Below, one piece after another: positions 34,201-40,838 of a stretch of DNA of 40,838 nucleotides. The stretch comes from Macrostomum lignano (lineage: Eukaryota): the NCBI GenBank assembly GCA_002269645.1, contig NIVC01002105.1:1-40838 (forward strand). Direction: 5' to 3'. The position numbers and the translations under genes are program-made. The notes under the pieces were generated by a model. It was not told the DNA's origin, made no database searches, and saw nothing but the letters and a program-made list of their open reading frames with translations. The stretch's first letter is position 1; every line of letters starts with the position of its first letter.

Positions 34201-37200
34201 CCTTTGTCGTCTTGTAGTTGGCAGTGTAAACTACCGGCAAATCCCTGTAGCGATTGTCCTTAAAGCAGCCGACGTACTTCACTCCGGCCGCTGGAAGATC
34301 AGAAGGGCATCATTTTAGTTACGACTACGAATATTAAACGCTCCAACTAGATTCAATCGGCTGGCATCGCCCACCTCTCTTGGATTAGTCTAGTCTATAA
34401 ACCATTGTTCATTGAGACATCTATTAGTAGTGCTGCTGGCTAAATGGCTAGATGGCGCAACGAAAAACAGCAGTACACTAGGATTGCTTGGATCTCCAGA
34501 AAGCTACAAGCGTAAACCTGTTGACAGACTCGGTTACCTTTGCTGGCGACGACAACACCCGTCGCGTAGACATTGTTTCTCCACGCGCCTCCGCAGTAGG
34601 TCGACTTGTCTCCTCTGCACTGTACTCTGCACTCCAAGTTTGATCGGATTCTGTACCTGCCATAGTGGTTGCCGCACCAGCACTGGTAGCCATTTTGCAC
34701 ACCGAAGAAGCGATATTTCCTGGCTTTGCACGCCTTGTAGCACTTTGGCACAGTAACTGATCCGGAGAGAACCAGCTTTCTAAGATCTCTGGAGCTCTTG
34801 TCCAGATAGCAGCCGAGATGCTTCAATCCGGGCACTGAAAGCGGTAGCGACAGACTACTACTGTACACATTATTTGCTGTCGTTTATGTAAACAACTTAT
34901 GAGAAAGGCTCAACTCTTGGACGCCCACGCTTTCGCTGATGATATTTAATGCATTTAAAGTTTCAAGATGTCAGACTAATTTGCGCACAATTTCAAATTA
35001 GCCACCTTATATTGCTTGAAACTACTCGTATTTATGGAAGGAAGAGAAACGGCGCGCGCAATTAGTGAGGCATCGCATAGTTCTCAACTGAGAGCTGCAA
35101 ACTAATATAAACACGAGCTAGGTGGACAAAAAAGCAATCAATTGCGAATCTGTACTGTTGTACTCACGACGAACAGGCTTGCTGCCGATTCCAGTCGAGT
35201 AGACAGAGTTTCTCCAAGAGCCGCCGCAGGTTCGTCTTTTGTCGCCTCTACAGCGCGTTCTGCACTGCTTTGCATTGACTCGGCCAAAGCTGCCATATTT
35301 GTTGCCGCAGGTGCACGCAGATCCAGCCTGGAGGCCAAAGTACCTGTAGCCGCGAGACTTGCAGTACTTCAGACAGTACGCCTTTGTGGTCCGGTGACCG
35401 GCGCCGTGTACAAGGGGCAAGTCGCGCTTCGAATTGTCGCGGAAGCAGCCAAGTAGGGTAACTCCGGAGGCGTGCTCTTCGAGTCCGGTAGCGTACACGT
35501 CGTTTCTCCAGGAGCCGCCACAGTAGGTCGTCTTGTCTCTCTGCACTGGTAGCGGCACTCGCGTTTGTCGCGTCGGCCGTAGCGACCGTAGTGGTTGCCG
35601 CACCAGCACTGTTTTCCTATCTGAACGCCAAAGAATCGGAATCCTTTTTCTTGCACAGTCCGTAGCACCTTCCAACAGTTATGCTGCCTTTTCCTCCCAC
35701 AGTTGGAAGATCGCGCCTCCGGCCGTCAACAAAGCAGCCAATGTGAGACATTCCAGGTGCTTAAAAAAGAAATAGTGGGCACACGCAGGTCAGTAAAACC
35801 CCAGCTGGTTGGCTCCTAATCCAAGACACGGACAGAGCCAGCCCGTTGAAATTTTTTATATATGTCTATAACTTGGGTGTCTTTGGTCTTCTGATCTCTC
35901 ACTACTAAGCTCAATAATAACTTCAATTACCAATGTGAGAGCCATATAACTAAGGCGGCGGATTCGACTAACTTTTCCTGATGATGCAATCAATTGATGT
36001 TAACTTACTGACCGTTGTATTGTATTTGGTGTTCGCAATCTCGAGATTAACTCAAGTCTATGGTAGGTTCTAATTGTTCGGGGGAACCGAAGGTTCAGTC
36101 TGTTGTAGGGAAAGGATGTCTACTTTTCATTAGCTAAGACTGGGATCATGTGCTCAGCTTTTGCTTGCTGGAGCGCGTTCATTGGTTGGAAATACATTCA
36201 AACTGGATTGAAACTTTCAGGGCCAAAATGTCTCACTTCACCGTTTTACTTTACAAAATGTCTTATGTACCCTACGAGCCTACGAGCGAGCGTGGAAAGC
36301 GAATTTTCTGCTTGACTGCACACTTACTCTTGAAGCTCTTGGGCTTCAGTCCGGTTGTGAAGACGCTGTTCCTCCATGGTCCACCACATTTGGACCTCTT
36401 GTCGCCCTTACAGGTGGACCTGGCGCAATCCTTGCTCGACGCTCTTCCATACCGACGACGGTGTTTCCGCAGGTGCACGCATTGCCGTTTTGCAGACCAA
36501 AGTACCTGTAGCCCTTGGCTCGACAATAGCGGAAGCAGTAAGCCTTTGTCGTCTTGTAGTTGGCAGTGTAAACTACCGGCAAATCCCTGTTGCGATTGTC
36601 CTTGAAGCAGCCGACGTACTTCACTCCGGCCGCTGGAAGATCAGAAGGGCATCATTTTAGTTACGACTACGAATATTAAACTCCAACTAGATTTAATCGG
36701 CTGGCATCGCCCACCTCTCTTGGATTAGTCTAGTCTATAAACCATTGTTCATTGAGACATCTATTAGTAGTGCTGCTGGCTAAATGGCTAGATGGCGCAA
36801 CGAAAAACAGCAGTACACTAGGATTGCTTGGATCTCCAGAAAGCTACAAGCGTAAACCTGTTGACAGACTCGGTTACCTTTGCTGGCGACGACAACACCC
36901 GTTGCGTACACGTCGTTTCTCCAGGAGCCGCCACAGTAGGTCGTCTTGTCTCCTCTGCACTGGTAGCGGCACTCGCGTTTGTCGCGTCGGCCGTAGCGAC
37001 CGTAGTGGTTGCCGCACCAGCACTGTTTTCCTATCTGAACGCCAAAGAATCGGAATCCCTTTTTCTTGCATAGTCCGTAGCACCTTCCAACAGTCATGCT
37101 GCCTTTTCCTCCCAGAGTTGGAAGATCGCGTCTCCGGCCGTCAAAAGCAGCCAATGTGAGACATTCCAGGTGCTTAAAAGAGAAATAGTGGGCACATGCA

Positions 37201-40200
37201 GGTCAGCAAAACCCCATCCAAACCGTACAGAGCAATCTCGTTTTACATTCAAAAATATCTAATATACCGTACGAGCCTACGAGCGAGCGTGGAAAGCGAA
37301 TTTTCTGCTTGACTGCACACTTACTCTTGAAGCTCTTGGGCTTCAGTCCGGTTGTGAAGACGCTGTTCCTCCATGGTCCACCACATTTGGACCTCTTGTC
37401 GCCCTTACAGGTGGACCTGGCGCAATCCTTGCTCTTCGCTTTTCCATACCGACCGACGGTGTTTCCGCAGGTGCACGCATTGCCGTTTTGCAGACCAAAG
37501 TACCTGTAGCCCTTGGCTCGACAATAGCGGAAGCAGTAAGCCTTTGTCGTCTTGTAGTTGGCAGTGTAAACTACCGGCAAATCCCTGTAGCGATTGTCCT
37601 TGAAGCAGCCGACGTACTTCACTCCGGCCGCTGGAAGATCAGAAGGGCATCATTTTAGTTACGACTACGAATATTAAAGGCTCCAACTAGATTCAATCGG
37701 CTGGCATCGCCCACCTCTCTTGGATTAGTCTAGTCTATAAACCATTGTTCATTGAGACATCTATTAGTAGTGCTGCTGGCTAAATGGCTAGATGGCGCAA
37801 CGAAAAACAGCAGTACACTAGGATTGCTTGGATCTCCAGAAAGCTACAAGCGTAAACCTGTTGACAGACTCGGTTACCTTTGCTGGCGACGACAACACCC
37901 GTCGCGTAGACATTGTTTCTCCACGCGCCTCCGCAGTAGGTCGACTTGTCTCCTCTGCACTGTACTCTGCACTCCAAGTTTGATCGGATTCTGTACCTGC
38001 CATAGTGGTTGCCGCACCAGCACTGGTAGCCATTTTGCACACCGAAGAAGCGATATTTCCTGGCTTTGCACGCCTTGTAGCACTTTGGCACAGTAACTGA
38101 TCCGGAGAGAACCAGCTTTCTAAGATCTCTGGAGCTCTTGTCCAGATAGCAGCCGAGATGCTTCAATCCGGGCACTGAAAGCGGTAGCGACAGACTACTA
38201 CTGTACACATTATTTGCTGTCGTTTATGTAAACAACTTATGAGAAAGGCTCAACTCTTGGACGCCCACGCTTTCGCTGATGATATTTAATGCATTTAAAG
38301 TTTCAAGATGTCAGACTAATTTGCGCACAATTTCAAATTAGCCACCTTATATTGCTTGAAACTACTCGTATTTATGGAAGGAAGAGAAACGGCGCGCGCA
38401 ATTAGTGAGGCATCGCATAGTTCTCAACTGAGAGCTGCAAACTAATATAAACACGAGCTAGGTGGACAAAAAAGCAATCAATTGCGAATCTGTACTGTTG
38501 TACTCACGACGAACAGGCTTGCTGCCGATTCCAGTCGAGTAGACAGAGTTTCTCCAAGAGCCGCCGCAGGTTCGTCTTTTGTCGCCTCTACAGCGCGTTC
38601 TGCACTGCTTTGCATTGACTCGGCCAAAGCTGCCATATTTGTTGCCGCAGGTGCACGCAGATCCAGCCTGGAGGCCAAAGTACCTGTAGCCGCGAGACTT
38701 GCAGTACTTCAGACAGTACGCCTTTGTGGTCCGGTGACCGGCGCCGTGTACAAGGGGCAAGTCGCGCTTCGAATTGTCGCGGAAGCAGCCAAGTAGGGTA
38801 ACTCCGGAGGCGTGCTCTTCGAGTCCGGTAGCGTACACGTCGTTTCTCCAGGAGCCGCCACAGTAGGTCGTCTTGTCTCCTCTGCACTGGTAGCGGCACT
38901 CGCGTTTGTCGCGTCGGCCGTAGCGACCGTAGTGGTTGCCGCACCAGCACTGTTTTCCTATCTGAACGCCAAAGAATCGGAATCCCTTTTTCTTGCACAG
39001 TCCGTAGCACCTTCCAACAGTTATGCTGCCTTTTCCTCCCACAGTTGGAAGATCGCGCCTCCGGCCGTCAACAAAGCAGCCAATGTGAGACATTCCAGGT
39101 GCTTAAAAGAGAAATAGTGGGCACATGCAGGTCAGCAAAACCCCATCCAAACCGTACAGAGCAATCTCGTTTTACATTCAAAAATATCTAATATACCGTA
39201 CGAGCCTACGAGCGAGCGTGGAAAGCGAATTTTCTGCTTGACTGCACACTTACTCTTGAAGCTCTTGGCTTCAGTCCGGTTGTGAAGACGCTGTTCCTCC
39301 ATGGTCCACCACATTTGGACCTCTTGTCGCCCTTACAGGTGGACCTGGCGCAATCCTTGCTCTTCGCTTTTCCATACGACCGACGGTGTTTCCGCAGGTG
39401 CACGCATTGCCGTTTTGCAGACCAAAGTACCTGTAGCCCTTGGCTCGACAATAGCGGAAGCAGTAAGCCTTTGTCGTCTTGTAGTTGGCAGTGTAAACTA
39501 CCGGCAAATCCCTGTAGCGATTGTCCTTGAAGCAGCCGACGTACTTCACTCCGGCCGCTGGAAGATCAGAAGGGCATCATTTTAGTTACGACTACGAATA
39601 TTAAACGCTCCAACTAGATTCAATCGGCTGGCATCGCCCACCTCTCTTGGATTAGTCTAGTCTATAAACCATTGTTCATTGAGACATCTATTAGTAGTGC
39701 TGCTGGCTAAATGGCTAGATGGCGCAACGAAAAACAGCAGTACACTAGGATTGCTTGGATCTCCAGAAAGCTACAAGCGTAAACCTGTTGACAGACTCGG
39801 TTACCTTTGCTGGCGACGACAACACCCGTCGCGTAGACATTGTTTCTCCACGCGCCTCCGCAGTAGGTCGACTTGTCTCCTCTGCACTGTACTCTGCACT
39901 CCAAGTTTGATCGGATTCTGTACCTGCCATAGTGGTTGCCGCACCAGCACTGGTAGCCATTTTGCACACCGAAGAAGCGATATTTCCTGGCTTTGCACGC
40001 CTTGTAGCACTTTGGCACAGTAACTGATCCGCGGAGAGAACCAGCTTTCTAAGATCTCTGGAGCTCTTGTCCAGATAGCAGCCGAGATGCTTCAATCCGG
40101 GCACTGAAAGCGGTAGCGACAGACTACTACTGTACACATTATTTGCTGTCGTTTATGTAAACAACTTATGAGAAAGGCTCAACTCTTGGACGCCCACGCT

Positions 40201-40838
40201 TTCGCTGATGATATTTAATGCATTTAAAGTTTCAAGATGTCAGACTAATTTGCGCACAATTTCAAATTAGCCACCTTATATTGCTTGAAACTACTCGTAT
40301 TTATGGAAGGAAGAGAAACGGCGCGCGCAATTAGTGAGGCATCGCATAGTTCTCAACTGAGAGCTGCAAACTAATATAAACACGAGCTAGGTGGACAAAA
40401 AGCAATCAATTGCGAATCTGTACTGTTGTACTCACGACGAACAGGCTTGCTGCCGATTCCAGTCGAGTAGACAGAGTTTCTCAAGAGCCGCCGCAGGTTC
40501 GTCTTTTGTCGCCTCTACAGCGCGTTCTGCACTGCTTTGCATTGACTCGGCCAAAGCTGCCATATTTGTTGCCGCAGGTGCACGCAGATCCAGCCTGGAG
40601 GCCAAAGTACCTGTAGCCGCGAGACTTGCAGTACTTCAGACAGTACGCCTTGTTGGTCCGGTGACCGGCGCCGTGTACAAGGGGCAAGTCGCGCTTCGAA
40701 TTGTCGCGGAAGCAGCCAAGTAGGGTAACTCCGGAGGCGTGCTCTTCGAGTCCGGTAGCGTACACGTCGTTTCTCCAGGAGCCGCCACAGTAGGTCGTCT
40801 TGTCTCCTCTGCACTGGTAGCGGCACTCGCGTTTGTCG
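31240..40838 (-). CDS. Large multi-WSC plus hemicentin-type vWA protein, probably extracellular; 5' end lies beyond the window
   Basis: Exons in transcription order (minus): A 40436->40838 (partial), B 39805-40103, C 39254-39557, A 38508-39101, B 37878-38174, C 37325-37630, A/B hybrid 36878-37172, C 36328-36632, A 35168-35759, B 34538-34834, C 33985-34290, A 33239-33832, B' 32610-32906, vWA 31975-32537, 31799-31892, 31655-31705, terminal WSC 31240-31511. WSC consensus GCF.D...R.L...TV..C...C..KGYRYFG.Q.G..C.CG...C...C.GD....CGG.WRN.VY. vWA has MIDAS-like VVDTTGSM, GGGDCPE and LFTDAS. Several upstream copies carry 1-2-bp indels. Confidence 0.85.
32610..40838. repeat. Tandem segmental array, ~1.93-kb unit (exons A-B-C plus introns), with a 3340-bp higher-order repeat
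   Basis: Exons and introns are near-identical between copies. ORFs at 33863, 34440 and 35142 recur at 37203, 37780 and 38482 (each +3340). Confidence 0.95.

Noticed and set aside
35978-36012. Possible intronic C/D snoRNA (CTGATGA...CTGA)
   Set aside because: The C box is non-canonical, the span is only ~35 nt, and there is no terminal stem.

Overview
Eukaryotic (invertebrate metazoan) genomic DNA with spliced genes and many repeats. A free-living flatworm such as Macrostomum is a guess from style only. I reconstructed four protein-coding genes by hand from GT-AG boundaries and phase continuity. (1) + strand: a 2-exon FMRFamide/peptide-receptor-like class A GPCR (1959-4929) with a triplicated motif in extracellular loop 3. 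(2) - strand: a 3-exon 5-HT1-type serotonin receptor (9617-20337). (3) - strand: a 13-exon, ~852-aa, highly divergent ionotropic glutamate receptor-family subunit (23236-30084). Its cytoplasmic tail is almost entirely an S1/OB-fold RNA-binding domain resembling the C-terminal S1 domain of animal PNPase (PNPT1). This is the most unusual observation in the window. (4) - strand: the 3' part of a very large gene (31240 to beyond 40838) built from tandemly duplicated phase-1 WSC exon cassettes (at least 17 cationic WSC modules, most with RGD/KGD) plus a hemicentin-type vWA domain. Introns and intergenic DNA hold tRNA-derived SINEs, an RTE-like LINE fragment, a fragmented Ty3/Gypsy element, several MITEs and five minisatellites. 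No CRISPR array, rRNA or true tRNA gene was found. Family assignments rest on motifs recalled from memory; no database search was run.
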